Part shown: in pieces, positions 1 to 9,448 of the stretch
Position numbering within the stretch: position 1 is the stretch's first letter
How the letters are laid out: each line of letters opens with the position of its first letter
Origin: Deltaproteobacteria bacterium
Lineage (GTDB): Bacteria; Myxococcota_A; UBA9160; SMWR01
Reading direction: 5' to 3'
Length of the DNA: 27,680 bases
Assembly (NCBI GenBank): GCA_032128375.1
Contig: JAQBGU010000196.1
Location: forward strand, 1 to 27,680
Translations under genes and position numbers: made by a program
The notes under the pieces: model-generated
What the model was told of the DNA's origin: nothing
The model's input: the letters and a program-made list of their open reading frames with translations, nothing else
Database searches by the model: none

Positions 1-152
1 CCACGGAAACTGGATGTCGGATCCGGCAACTGTGTAGAGGTGTCACAGTCTGAACGAGCGCCCGCCCGCTGAGAAGCTCGTGGGGCAGATGGGGGCATGA
101 GAGGAATCGTGGGCACTTTTTCAGAACGTCCGGGTCGGTTCGGTGCTCTTAA

Positions 153-2135
153 TCATGCGGTTTCAGATCCGAAGGGCGGGGATTCTGGGTCGGTCTGTAG
201 CGTGACGAGTTCTTTGTAAAGCCCGCTGCGCTCGATCAGCTCGCGGTGAGTTCCCGTTTGAGTGATCGCGCCGGCCTCGAGCACGATGATCTTGTCGGCG
301 TTTTGGATCGTTGACAATCGGTGTGCGATGGAGATCACCATACGGCCACCCACGAGTGCGTCGATGGCCTCTTGCACGAGCCGCTCGCTCCTGGAGTCGA
401 GGCTGCTGGTCGCTTCGTCAAGAACCAGAATCGCCGGGTCCTTCAGAATCGCGCGGGCGATCGTGATTCGTTGGCGCTGTCCGCCCGACAGCCTGACTCC
501 CACCGAGCCGACCTCCGTCCCGTAGCCGTCGGGGAACTCGGCTACGAACTCGTCGACGCGCGCGGCCTGCGCGGCCAGCATGACTTCCCGGTCGGACGCG
601 GTGGGCCGGCCAAAGCGGATGTTCTCGAGGATGGAAGTGTCGAACAGGAATGGATCCTGGCTGACAACTGCGATGTGCTCATATAGCGAATCGCGACTCA
701 CGTGCCGGATATCGATGCCGTCGATCTCGATCGTGCCGGAGCTCGGGTCGTAGAACCGCAACAACAAATCGACAAGGGTCGTCTTTCCCGAACCCGTCGG
801 TCCGACGATCGCAATCACTTCCCCGGCGCGCAGAACGAACGAGACATCGCGCAACACCGGGTCGCGTCCGTAGGAGAAAACGACGTTCTTGAACGCCACG
901 CTGCGGCGCACCCCGTCGATCGTTACAGCGTTGGGTGCATCGGTGATCTCGGCTGGACTATCGATGACCTCGAACATCCGCGCGGCAGACGGCTGTGCAT
1001 CGGCGAGTCGAACCCAACCCTTGGCGAGCGACTTGACCGGGCGGTACGTGGTCGCCATCACCGCCGCGAACGCAGCCAGATCGCCCATCGTAAGCCCCCA
1101 GCGACCCCCGAGAACGAGCGCGGCGCCGAGCAGGATCGTTCCGATCGCGATCGCGTTGTTGAGCGCCTCGGTGAGGCTACGCGCCAGGATTCGGTTCTTT
1201 ACGACTTTCATGCTGCGCCGGAACAGCTTGTGGGTTTCCAGCTCGAATGCCCGGTGTTCGGCGATTTCCGCGCGAAAGGCCTTGATGACTTTGATGCCGT
1301 CGAGAATCTCGATCATCCGCTGTGTGACGTCTGCGAGGGTTTCTTGTCGGCGGCGGGCGCTGCGTTTGATGCGGCGGTGAAAAAGTGCAATCACGGCGAA
1401 TAACGCGGGTCCCAAGACCAGAAAAATCGCAGCCAACTGCCACGAAATCGCGAGCAGAACCGCGGCGCCGACCAGTGTCATCACGATTGCTTCAATGAAG
1501 TCATCGAATAGCAGGCCAATGGCACCGTGAGCGGCGCGAACATCGGTGAGCGTCCGAGACAGAAGGTCGCCGCGACGGGCATCGTTGTGGAATTGCAGCG
1601 GCAATGCGAGTAGCCGGCCGCACAAGTCGCGTTGCATATCGACATATACACGGCCCAGCACGTACTCGGTCAGGTAGTTTCGCGCGAATTGGACGGTCGG
1701 CATCAACAGGATCACGATCAAGCCGAACATCGCGACCTCCAACAGGCTGTCACGAACGTGGGCTTCCAGCACGGCGCGACGTTCCTGCTCGCTCGCACCG
1801 AGAGCGGTGCCGGATGGGACGTGCGACGCGCTGCCTGCAATCGTCGGGCGCGCCGGGTTGGCGGTTGAATGCCCGAAGCCCGGAAAATCCGGAATCGGCA
1901 GCCAATCTGCGTCTGCCATCAATCCGCCGGCGGGAACCAACACATCGTCGAGAATCGGTTTGATGAGATACGCACGCAGGTAGGTGCCACCCGCCGCGAG
2001 CCCGGACAGCAACATCGCGAGCGAGATCAGCCCGATAAATGGACGGGCATACGTGTTGAGTAGGCGCGCGAACACCGAGCGTGCGACTGGGCTTGTGTCC
2101 ACAGGCCTCGCCGAGTTCTCCGCAATAGACGCCAT
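153..2135 (-). CDS. ABC exporter, fused TMD-NBD half-transporter (MsbA/Sav1866-like)
   Basis: 660 aa ORF with N-terminal hydrophobic helices, Walker A GPTGSGKT, signature LSGGQRQ, Walker B ILVLDEATSSLD, H-loop IAHRLST. All motifs are canonical, consistent with a homodimer. Confidence 0.93.
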   Translation of the reverse strand: MASIAENSARPVDTSPVARSVFARLLNTYARPFIGLISLAMLLSGLAAGGTYLRAYLIKPILDDVLVPAGGLMADADWLPIPDFPGFGHSTANPARPTIAGSASHVPSGTALGASEQERRAVLEAHVRDSLLEVAMFGLIVILLMPTVQFARNYLTEYVLGRVYVDMQRDLCGRLLALPLQFHNDARRGDLLSRTLTDVRAAHGAIGLLFDDFIEAIVMTLVGAAVLLAISWQLAAIFLVLGPALFAVIALFHRRIKRSARRRQETLADVTQRMIEILDGIKVIKAFRAEIAEHRAFELETHKLFRRSMKVVKNRILARSLTEALNNAIAIGTILLGAALVLGGRWGLTMGDLAAFAAVMATTYRPVKSLAKGWVRLADAQPSAARMFEVIDSPAEITDAPNAVTIDGVRRSVAFKNVVFSYGRDPVLRDVSFVLRAGEVIAIVGPTGSGKTTLVDLLLRFYDPSSGTIEIDGIDIRHVSRDSLYEHIAVVSQDPFLFDTSILENIRFGRPTASDREVMLAAQAARVDEFVAEFPDGYGTEVGSVGVRLSGGQRQRITIARAILKDPAILVLDEATSSLDSRSERLVQEAIDALVGGRMVISIAHRLSTIQNADKIIVLEAGAITQTGTHRELIERSGLYKELVTLQTDPESPPFGSETA

Positions 2136-2211
2136 GGCACGACCGCCGATCCATTACTGAGGGGGGCGGCCATAGCCTAGCAGGCCGTGCAGGCCCGGGT
2201 TGAGTTCCAGC

Positions 2212-3654
2212 CTACCCGAGCTCGGCGGCGATCGCGTCTCCCGCTTGCCAACCGAGCAGCAGGTCGCCTTCGAATCCGCGTTGGGCAGCCTGGGAACGGT
2301 CGAGAATGTACGCCGGAACTCGCGACATCGGCCGCTGAAGTCCCAGGATCGGATCGCTGTCGCTCGAGTCTGTGAGCAGGTCCCAGCGGTCCCACAAGGG
2401 TGCAGGGACCGCGATCCGTTGCCAGCCCTCGTCGCCCAATGGCATCAGCGACACGACGCTGCGTCCGATATTTTCGAAGGCGCGCTGATCGTCGAGCGCT
2501 TCGATCGGCATGCAGGCATCAGCGATCAAGTCCACCTCTGTACCTCTGTCGAAGATGCGAATGCGCACCACGTTGGTTCCAGTCATCGTCGCGGACGGGT
2601 CGCGCACGCTGATTACACGCGAGGCCATACCCGCTGGGATCAACTCGCGGCTCCCACGTAAATGGAGACTCAGACGACGTCCAGTCGGGGCGGAACCGTG
2701 TAGCCAGCCATGCTTGGTCTCCGACTTTCCCATTGGCTTGGCTGTTTCGTTCCCGCCGTGACAGCCCATATCGACCAGTGATGATGTCGGGGCGTTGAGG
2801 ATGAGCGCCCGGGCAGAGCTGATATCGTGCGATTCATCGGCCACCACCGCCGGAAGATTGCCCGTCTGAACGATCCGAAAGGCTCCAGATAGTCGGCGAA
2901 ATTCGCCATGGCGTGTTTCGATTTGCCGGCGCAGCAGCGAAGCGAGCCACGGATCCTTGCCGCTCACCCGGACAGCGCCGCTCAACGCAGCGCCGAGGAG
3001 TCGGTTGCGCGCGGCCGCCTGTGGGGGACGGCGTCCGAAATCGGCGAGTGCGCGCGACTGCGCATCGATCAGTGGCGTCAACTCCGGGGCCGCGGCGATC
3101 GCATGTTCGACGTTTTGATCCACTGGTGTGTCGGCTGGGGTCTGCGATCGCGATATTGACAGCAAGCTGCGCCCAGCCTGGCGAGCGGTCGGGGTGAGTT
3201 GCGATGCCACCAGCTGCGCACCCTCTGCGGCCGCCGATTCTGCGAGGGCAGTCAACAGATCTCGTGAGACTCGGCTATTGGCCAGCCCCCAGCATTCGAT
3301 TTCATTTGCGGTCTGTTCCGGGTCTCCGATATTGACCCGCGCGCCAGGCCATGCGACCTGGTATGCGAGCGGTTCTGATATCAGATTCCTGCGGTCGATC
3401 AACGGGATGCCGATCGCGGACAAACACGCAGCCAAGACCGAGTCGCTCGCCGCACCGGTCATCAGAAACGGTTCTCTGATCCCAGCAAACGCCGTGACGG
3501 CGGTGTCCTCTTCGATGACCAACACCTGCGCGCCGCGCATCGCCAGCCGAGCCGCCGCGACCAGGCCCGGCAGCGCGCCACCGACCACCACCGCGTCCCA
3601 ACGTCGGACCCGATCGGTCTCGCGGACATTCAGGCCGGGCAAGCCTCGCATCAA
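2212..3654 (-). CDS. Divergent FAD/NAD(P)-binding oxidoreductase-fold protein (CrtI/amine-oxidase-like)
   Basis: N-terminal Rossmann motif WDAVVVGGALPGLVAAARLAMRGAQVLVIEE and C-terminal GFEGDLLLGWQAGDAI, resembling the terminal FAD-contacting helix of this superfamily. Starts a few nt after the purM stop with AGGA upstream; start uncertain (TTG 3654 or ATG 3651). Confidence 0.7.
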   Translation of the reverse strand: MMRGLPGLNVRETDRVRRWDAVVVGGALPGLVAAARLAMRGAQVLVIEEDTAVTAFAGIREPFLMTGAASDSVLAACLSAIGIPLIDRRNLISEPLAYQVAWPGARVNIGDPEQTANEIECWGLANSRVSRDLLTALAESAAAEGAQLVASQLTPTARQAGRSLLSISRSQTPADTPVDQNVEHAIAAAPELTPLIDAQSRALADFGRRPPQAAARNRLLGAALSGAVRVSGKDPWLASLLRRQIETRHGEFRRLSGAFRIVQTGNLPAVVADESHDISSARALILNAPTSSLVDMGCHGGNETAKPMGKSETKHGWLHGSAPTGRRLSLHLRGSRELIPAGMASRVISVRDPSATMTGTNVVRIRIFDRGTEVDLIADACMPIEALDDQRAFENIGRSVVSLMPLGDEGWQRIAVPAPLWDRWDLLTDSSDSDPILGLQRPMSRVPAYILDRSQAAQRGFEGDLLLGWQAGDAIAAELG

Positions 3655-3661
3655 TCCTACG

Positions 3662-4747
3662 CTAGGCCGATCCGAATACCAGCGCCGGCTGGTCGGGGCC
3701 GCGAGCTTCGATCCTACCTATCGCGTAGCAGCGCTCGCCGAGTCCGGGCAGCCGATCGGCGATTTCGTTCGCCTGGTCGGGGGGGACGATCAACATCATG
3801 CCGATCCCGCAGTTGAATACGCGAAGCATCTCGGAATCTGTGAGTTCGCCTTGCCGCTGTAGCAGTCCGAAGATCGCTGGCCTCGGCCACGAGGTCGGAT
3901 CGATGTTTGCTCGAACACCCTTCGGCAGCACGCGGGGTACGTTGCCTTCGAAACCGCCACCTGTGATATGGACGATTCCCTTGATCGTGAAGTCACGGAT
4001 CAGGTTCAGGATCGGCTTGACGTAGATTCGCGTCGGCGCCAGAAGAGCCGCGGCCAGCGACGTGTTCAGCTCCTGGTTGGCCGCGCGAAAATCGAGATGG
4101 CCGGCTCGGGTGCCGGTCTCGACGATGCTTCGCACCAGCGAAAATCCGTTGCTGTGGATGCCGCTCGAGGCAAGGCCGAGGATCTGATCCCCGACGCTGA
4201 TCGTCGATCCGTCGATGATGCGATCGCGCTCGACGACACCGACGCCGAAACCGACCATCTCGACGTCGCCGTCCTGGTAGACCCCCGGCATCGTCGCAGT
4301 CTCGCCGCCCAGCAGTGCACATCCCGCTCGGCGACAGCCTTCAGCGATTCCGCGCAGTGCCTCCCTGGCGATCGCTGTGTCTAGCTGGTTCATCGCGAGA
4401 TAGTCGAGAAACACCAGCGGTTCTGCTCCCTGCACGATGATGTCGTTGACCACCATCGCTACGCAGTCGATCCCTACGGTGTCATAGCGACCCAGCTCTG
4501 CTGCGAACTTCAACTTGGTCCCGACGCCATCGGTTCCCGCGACGAAGACCGGGTTCTGGTAGCGATCGGGAGCTTTGAACAGACCCGCGAACCCCCCGAT
4601 CGTCGACAGGACTTCTGGCCGGAGCGTCGGCCGGGTGATTTCTCCGATTTCGGAGATGAACCCCTCATCGTGATCGAGATCGACGCCGGCTCTGGCGTAG
4701 GACGGGGCGGTGGAATCAGACGGGGGTTTTCGGGGAGAGTCAGGCAC
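3662..4747 (-). CDS. purM: Phosphoribosylformylglycinamidine cyclo-ligase (AIR synthetase)
   Basis: Motifs SYARAGVD, IGGFAGLF, GTDGVGTK, GGETATMPG, SSGIHSNGFSL, HITGGG, VFNCGIGM. GTG at 4747 is preferred over the ORF-track TTG at 4783, which coincides with a TTGACA hexamer. Confidence 0.96.
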   Translation of the reverse strand: MPDSPRKPPSDSTAPSYARAGVDLDHDEGFISEIGEITRPTLRPEVLSTIGGFAGLFKAPDRYQNPVFVAGTDGVGTKLKFAAELGRYDTVGIDCVAMVVNDIIVQGAEPLVFLDYLAMNQLDTAIAREALRGIAEGCRRAGCALLGGETATMPGVYQDGDVEMVGFGVGVVERDRIIDGSTISVGDQILGLASSGIHSNGFSLVRSIVETGTRAGHLDFRAANQELNTSLAAALLAPTRIYVKPILNLIRDFTIKGIVHITGGGFEGNVPRVLPKGVRANIDPTSWPRPAIFGLLQRQGELTDSEMLRVFNCGIGMMLIVPPDQANEIADRLPGLGERCYAIGRIEARGPDQPALVFGSA

Positions 4748-4753
4748 GCCCGA

Positions 4754-4783
4754 TGGATAGGGTAGAGGATTGAGTTCTGTCAA
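4754..4783 (-). promoter_or_regulatory. Possible purM sigma70 promoter
   Basis: Perfect TTGACA on the minus strand (4783-4778). The -10 candidates are imperfect (TATCCA at 18-nt spacing, TACCCT at 13-nt spacing). Confidence 0.3.
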
Positions 4784-4817
4784 ACGCCGGACACTCCCAA
4801 AATGGGATGCGAAAAGC

Positions 4818-4826
4818 TGCTATCGT
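4818..4826 (+). promoter_or_regulatory. Extended -10 promoter (TGcTATCGT), probably giving a leaderless mRNA
   Basis: TGn-TATCGT lies 6 nt before the GTG at 4833 and no Shine-Dalgarno is visible. Confidence 0.5.
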
Positions 4827-4832
4827 GCGCCA

Positions 4833-5510
4833 GTGACGCTGTCGGTGCTGATCCTCGCATTGAACGAGGAGGACCAGGTCGCTGACGCCGTTTTCAGTGC
4901 GAGCGCGCCCGGAGTCGAGGTTGTCGTCGTAGACGGCGGCAGCACAGATGCCACGTGCGAGCGCGCGGCGGCGGCGGGAGCTCACGTTGTCGATCTGGAG
5001 GGCGGCCGGGCGGGACGCGCCCGGCAGATGGCCGCCGGTGTCCGGAGCAGTCGGGGCGAAATCATTCTGTTCCTACATGCCGATACCCGGCTGCCAGCCG
5101 GATTCGAGCGCGCGATCCAGGCTGTGCTCAGCGATCGGGGCACGGTTGGGGGGGCATTTGGGTTTCGGTTCGACCAACCCGGTGCAGCCCTGCGGTTTGT
5201 CGAGTGGGGAGTGAGGCTACGAGTGGCGGTATTTGGAATGCCGTACGGAGACCAGGCGCTGTTCGTGCGACGCTCGGTGCTCGATGAGATCGGCGGTGTC
5301 CCGCAGGTGCTGATCATGGAGGACTTGGACCTCGTCCGTTCGATGCGGCAGCGCGGTCGCGTTGCGCAGATCGCGCTGCCGGTCGTCACCTCGGCCCGGC
5401 GATATGTCGACCGCGGGGTGTTTCGAACGATGTTCCGAAACTGGTTGATGGCTTCTGGGTGGTTGTTGGGAATCGATCGCGGCAGGCTCGCCAGCTGGTA
5501 TAGACAATGA
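4833..5510 (+). CDS. Family 2 glycosyltransferase (TIGR04283-like)
   Basis: LSVLILALNEE, VVVVDGGSTDAT, GRARQMAAG, LFLHADT, PYGDQALF, IMEDLDL, VVTSARRY match this GT2 subfamily. The GTG start at 4833 avoids overlap with purM. Confidence 0.88.
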   Translation: MTLSVLILALNEEDQVADAVFSASAPGVEVVVVDGGSTDATCERAAAAGAHVVDLEGGRAGRARQMAAGVRSSRGEIILFLHADTRLPAGFERAIQAVLSDRGTVGGAFGFRFDQPGAALRFVEWGVRLRVAVFGMPYGDQALFVRRSVLDEIGGVPQVLIMEDLDLVRSMRQRGRVAQIALPVVTSARRYVDRGVFRTMFRNWLMASGWLLGIDRGRLASWYRQ

Positions 5511-7315
5511 GCGGGGCCGGCGAGATCGCTGCGCTGCGCGAGGGCCGCAGTTCGGTCGCAGCGGCGCTCGCGCGGCTCTCGCAGTACATCGACTCGAACC
5601 GGCGCTACTACGCAGTCTGGTCGCTGATCACGCTCGGATACGTCGGAACCTTCCTGGCGGTGCCGCTCTTGACCGGTCGGGTCGTCGAAGCGATTACCGA
5701 GCGGCAGCCCGCGGAGGAGATCGTTCGCTTGTCGCTCGCGCTGGCGGCGGTTGGCGTTCTGGGAGGCCTGCTCCGCTACTACTCGCGCGTAATGGTTTTC
5801 AACGCGGCGAGAACGATCGAATACCAGATCCGCATGGACCTATTCGCCCATCTCCAGCGCCTTCCGCAATCGTTCTATCTTGGCTGGCGCACGGGCGATT
5901 TGATGAGCCGCTGCGTCAACGACCTCAACTCGGTGCGTATGCTGCTCGGGCCGGGTCTGCTGTCCGTTGTTCAGACGCCCATTCTCTACGTGGGTGCACT
6001 GAGTGTGATGTTCTACATGGATTGGCAGCTCGCGCTGCTGGTTCTGATCCCGTACCCGCTGTTCATCTTGATGGCCCGTGGGTTCGGCAAGGGAATGTAC
6101 CGCTGGTCCATCGCAGTGCAGGAGGGGCTGGCAGACCTCTCGAATCAGCTCCAGGAGACGATTTCCGGCATCGCTGTCGTGAAGACCTACGCGATGGAAG
6201 GCGTCACGAGGCTGCGCTTTACGGCCGCCAACGACGCACTGTACCAGCGGCATCTGAGGCTGGTCCGAATCAGTGGGGCGATGCCGGCCATCACGGGGCT
6301 GCTTCCCGGCATCGGGATGCTGATCATCTTGTGGGTCGGCGGAAACCGGATTCTGGAAGGTCGCATGTCGACAGGCGATTTCTTCACTTTTGCGATGTTG
6401 ATCTATCAGCTCACGTTTCCGACGTTCATCATGGGGTGGGTCTTCTCGCTGATTCAGCGCGGATCTGCGGCCATGCAACGGGTTGACGAAGTGCTGGCCG
6501 TCGAGCCGTCGATAGTCGACTCACCGGACGCGGTCGATATCGACGATCTGCGCGGGGAAATCGAGTTTCGAAATCTCACGTTCCACTACCCCGGTGCCGC
6601 CCGCGAGCCGGCGCTTCTCGATATCACGCTGACCGTTCCGGGTGGTTCGACGTTGGGCATCGTAGGCCCGGTCGGGTCGGGCAAGAGCACGCTGGCTTCG
6701 GTGATCCCAAGGCTGTACGAAGTGGACGACGGACAGCTGTTCATCGATGGCATCGACGTCAATCATCTGAAAATCCGGAACCTGCGATCGAACATCGCGA
6801 TGGTCCCGCAGGACTCCTTCCTGTTCTCGATGACGCTGGCGGAAAACGTCGCTTATGGGCTCCCTCAGACCGATCCGAAGCAGGTCGCCGTAGCTGTCGA
6901 GCGGGCCCAGCTCGCCAAGGATCTCGCAGAGCTACCGCACGGCCTCGCGACCGTCGTAGGCGAGCGGGGTGTGATGTTGTCCGGCGGGCAGCGGCAGAGG
7001 ACCGCGCTAGCACGTGCGCTGGCGCTCGATCCGCGCATCCTGATCCTGGACGACACGCTTTCGAGCGTCGACGCCGCAACCGAGCAGGCCATCCAAGAGG
7101 GTCTCGATGAGGTCTTCGCAGGACGCACAGTGGTGTGCATTTCTCATCGCATCGGCAGCGTTCGCGACTGTGACCTGATCATTGTGCTCGAGGACGGTCG
7201 CATCAGCGAGAAGGGCACCCATGCAGCGCTGCTCCTCGCCGGCGGGTTCTACGCGCGCACAGCCCGCGAGCAGGCGCTCGAAGACGAACTCGACGGAATG
7301 GGGGAGGTGGCGTGA
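5507..7315 (+). CDS. Heterodimeric ABC exporter subunit A (MdlA/YheI/TM287-like)
   Basis: RTGDLMSR, Walker A GPVGSGKS, LSGGQRQ, degenerate Walker B ILILDD. ATGA overlap with the upstream glycosyltransferase. Confidence 0.93.
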   Translation: MSGAGEIAALREGRSSVAAALARLSQYIDSNRRYYAVWSLITLGYVGTFLAVPLLTGRVVEAITERQPAEEIVRLSLALAAVGVLGGLLRYYSRVMVFNAARTIEYQIRMDLFAHLQRLPQSFYLGWRTGDLMSRCVNDLNSVRMLLGPGLLSVVQTPILYVGALSVMFYMDWQLALLVLIPYPLFILMARGFGKGMYRWSIAVQEGLADLSNQLQETISGIAVVKTYAMEGVTRLRFTAANDALYQRHLRLVRISGAMPAITGLLPGIGMLIILWVGGNRILEGRMSTGDFFTFAMLIYQLTFPTFIMGWVFSLIQRGSAAMQRVDEVLAVEPSIVDSPDAVDIDDLRGEIEFRNLTFHYPGAAREPALLDITLTVPGGSTLGIVGPVGSGKSTLASVIPRLYEVDDGQLFIDGIDVNHLKIRNLRSNIAMVPQDSFLFSMTLAENVAYGLPQTDPKQVAVAVERAQLAKDLAELPHGLATVVGERGVMLSGGQRQRTALARALALDPRILILDDTLSSVDAATEQAIQEGLDEVFAGRTVVCISHRIGSVRDCDLIIVLEDGRISEKGTHAALLLAGGFYARTAREQALEDELDGMGEVA

Positions 7316-9228
7316 GCGCTGATTCCCTCCACGAGGAAGACGAACTCGGCAAGGCCTACGACAGTCGCATGCTCGCGCGGCTGTGGCCGTTCGTCCGCCC
7401 ATACATGTGGGTGTTCCTGCTGGACATGCTTCTGGTCGTGCCCCTGTTCGTATTGGAGCTGGCTCCGGGCTGGATCATCAAGCACGGGCTCGACTCGGTC
7501 TTCGGCGGCATCGATGGCGGAATTGGCGGCGGCGCGTCCGATGTGGCCACACAGACTCTCGCGATCGCCGCCAATGCCAGCGCCTGGGCGACCGGTTGGC
7601 TAAAGCCGCCCGCGTTTTTCTCAGCGCTCGGATGGCTCGCGCTGCTGTATGGATGTGTTTCGCTCGCGCTCGCGGCAATGCAATTCATCCAGATGTACCT
7701 GTCGGCCTGGCTCGGGCAGCTCGCGATGCGGGACCTGCGAACGACCGTGTTCGACCACATTCAGAAGCTCCATCTCGGGTTCTTCGATCGCTACCCGGTC
7801 GGTCGGCTGGTCACGCGCGCCACCAACGATATTGAGAATGTGGCGGAGATGTTCTCGGCCGGGCTGGTCGCGCTGATCGTCGACGTGGTGAAGATGCTCG
7901 GCTATGCGGCGATCTTGTTCGCGATCAGCTGGAAGCTGTCGCTGTTCACATTCGCGGTGGTTCCCTTGTTGGCGGTCGCGGCGGTGATCTTCCGCATGAA
8001 AGTCCGAGAGGCTTTTCGGGAGACCCGGCTGCGGATCGCCCGCATCAATGCGCAGATCCAAGAGACGATCACCGGTATGAAAGTGGTTCAGCTATTCACG
8101 CGAGAAGATCGAAATCTTTCCGATTTTGATCAGATGAATACGCTCAATCGGGACGCTTGGCACCGCTCGAATCGCTGGGAGGGGCGGCTGTTTTCGGTGG
8201 TCGAAGTGGCCCAGAACCTGACTGTCGCGATCATTTTGGGGTACGGCTACGGGCTAGCCGCGATTGGAACGTTTTATCTGTTCATCGACTACATGCGGCG
8301 GTTTTTCATGCCGCTGCGTGACTTGTCGGCGAAGTATTCGATCATGCAATCCTCGATGGCGGGTGCAGAGCGGATCTTCGAACTGCTCGATACGGAACCG
8401 GCGGTCGTCGATCGGCCCGTCTCGGTGGTCCGCTCGATTCCCGTCCAGCGCGGCGCGGTCGAGTTCGAGGACGTCTGGTTCGCTTACAACACCAGCCACA
8501 ATGCCACCGGTGACACTGAAGAGTGGGTGCTGCAAGACTTGAATTTTCACGTTGAACCCGGCGAAAAGGTTGCGTTTGTTGGGGCTACCGGAGCCGGAAA
8601 AACTTCGCTGATCAAGCTGCTGACGCGGTTGTACGAGCCACAACGCGGGCGCATCCTGTTGGATGGAATCGAACTCGCGGACCTGCCCCAGAGCGAGATT
8701 AGGCGCCAGGTCGCGACGGTTCTGCAGGACGTGTTCCTGTTCAGCGGTACGATCGAAGAGAACATCGCGCTCGGCCGCGAAGATATCTCCCGCGCGCAGG
8801 TCGAGGCGGCGGCGCGAACCGTTGAAGCACACACGTTCATCGAGCGGCTCCCGGATGGCTACCAAACCGAGCTGCGCGAGCGCGGCGCAAACCTGTCGGT
8901 TGGGCAGCGCCAGCTGCTGTCGTTTGCGCGCGCGGTTGCGCACGGTGCGGACATCTTGGTGCTCGATGAAGCCACCAGTTCGATCGATACCGAAACTGAA
9001 GTCGCGGTCCAGCGCGGTGTGCACAACCTGATGCAGGGCCGAACGGCTATCGCGATCGCACATCGACTATCGACCGTCCAAGATATGGACCGCATCTACG
9101 TGCTGCACAAGGGGCGCATCCAAGAGTCCGGGTCGCACGACGAACTGCTCGCGCTCGAGGGGTTCTACTACCGGCTGTATCGGCTCCAGTATCGCGCCGA
9201 GCAGGTACGGATCCAAGCGACCGCGTAG
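7312..9228 (+). CDS. Heterodimeric ABC exporter subunit B (MdlB/YheH/TM288-like)
   Basis: HEEDELGKAYDSRM N-terminus, PVGRLVTR, Walker A GATGAGKT, degenerate signature LSVGQRQ, VLDEATSSID, IAHRLST. GTGA overlap with subunit A. Confidence 0.93.
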   Translation: MSADSLHEEDELGKAYDSRMLARLWPFVRPYMWVFLLDMLLVVPLFVLELAPGWIIKHGLDSVFGGIDGGIGGGASDVATQTLAIAANASAWATGWLKPPAFFSALGWLALLYGCVSLALAAMQFIQMYLSAWLGQLAMRDLRTTVFDHIQKLHLGFFDRYPVGRLVTRATNDIENVAEMFSAGLVALIVDVVKMLGYAAILFAISWKLSLFTFAVVPLLAVAAVIFRMKVREAFRETRLRIARINAQIQETITGMKVVQLFTREDRNLSDFDQMNTLNRDAWHRSNRWEGRLFSVVEVAQNLTVAIILGYGYGLAAIGTFYLFIDYMRRFFMPLRDLSAKYSIMQSSMAGAERIFELLDTEPAVVDRPVSVVRSIPVQRGAVEFEDVWFAYNTSHNATGDTEEWVLQDLNFHVEPGEKVAFVGATGAGKTSLIKLLTRLYEPQRGRILLDGIELADLPQSEIRRQVATVLQDVFLFSGTIEENIALGREDISRAQVEAAARTVEAHTFIERLPDGYQTELRERGANLSVGQRQLLSFARAVAHGADILVLDEATSSIDTETEVAVQRGVHNLMQGRTAIAIAHRLSTVQDMDRIYVLHKGRIQESGSHDELLALEGFYYRLYRLQYRAEQVRIQATA

Positions 9229-9448
9229 GTCCTTGACTCGCGTATAACAGGGTTCTTCGGGTGAGCGGGTTGCGCCGGCAAATTTGCTCGCGAGAACATG
9301 CGCCAAGTGGTTGCGAGGGGACCATCAGGGGTGGTAACAATCCGTCGTCCCCCCTCCTCCTGTGATTCGCGCCATCGAATTCCACCCTCGACACATCGCC
9401 TCGAGCGGGGCGGGCTATCGACGTGTGGGATTGGGCACTGGGGAGCGG

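Noticed and set aside
1..117. Open minus-strand frame (MPPSAPRASQ...) running off the left edge
   Set aside because: Too short and featureless to call; may or may not be the start of the next gene.
9229..9345. TTGACT/TATAAC hexamers and a GCAAATTTGC palindrome upstream of smc
   Set aside because: The hexamers are far too close to form a promoter. The palindrome is short, single, and does not match parS or a LexA box I recognise.
9362..9448. Longer smc start from the ORF track
   Set aside because: Smc homology and the SD point to GTG 9449.
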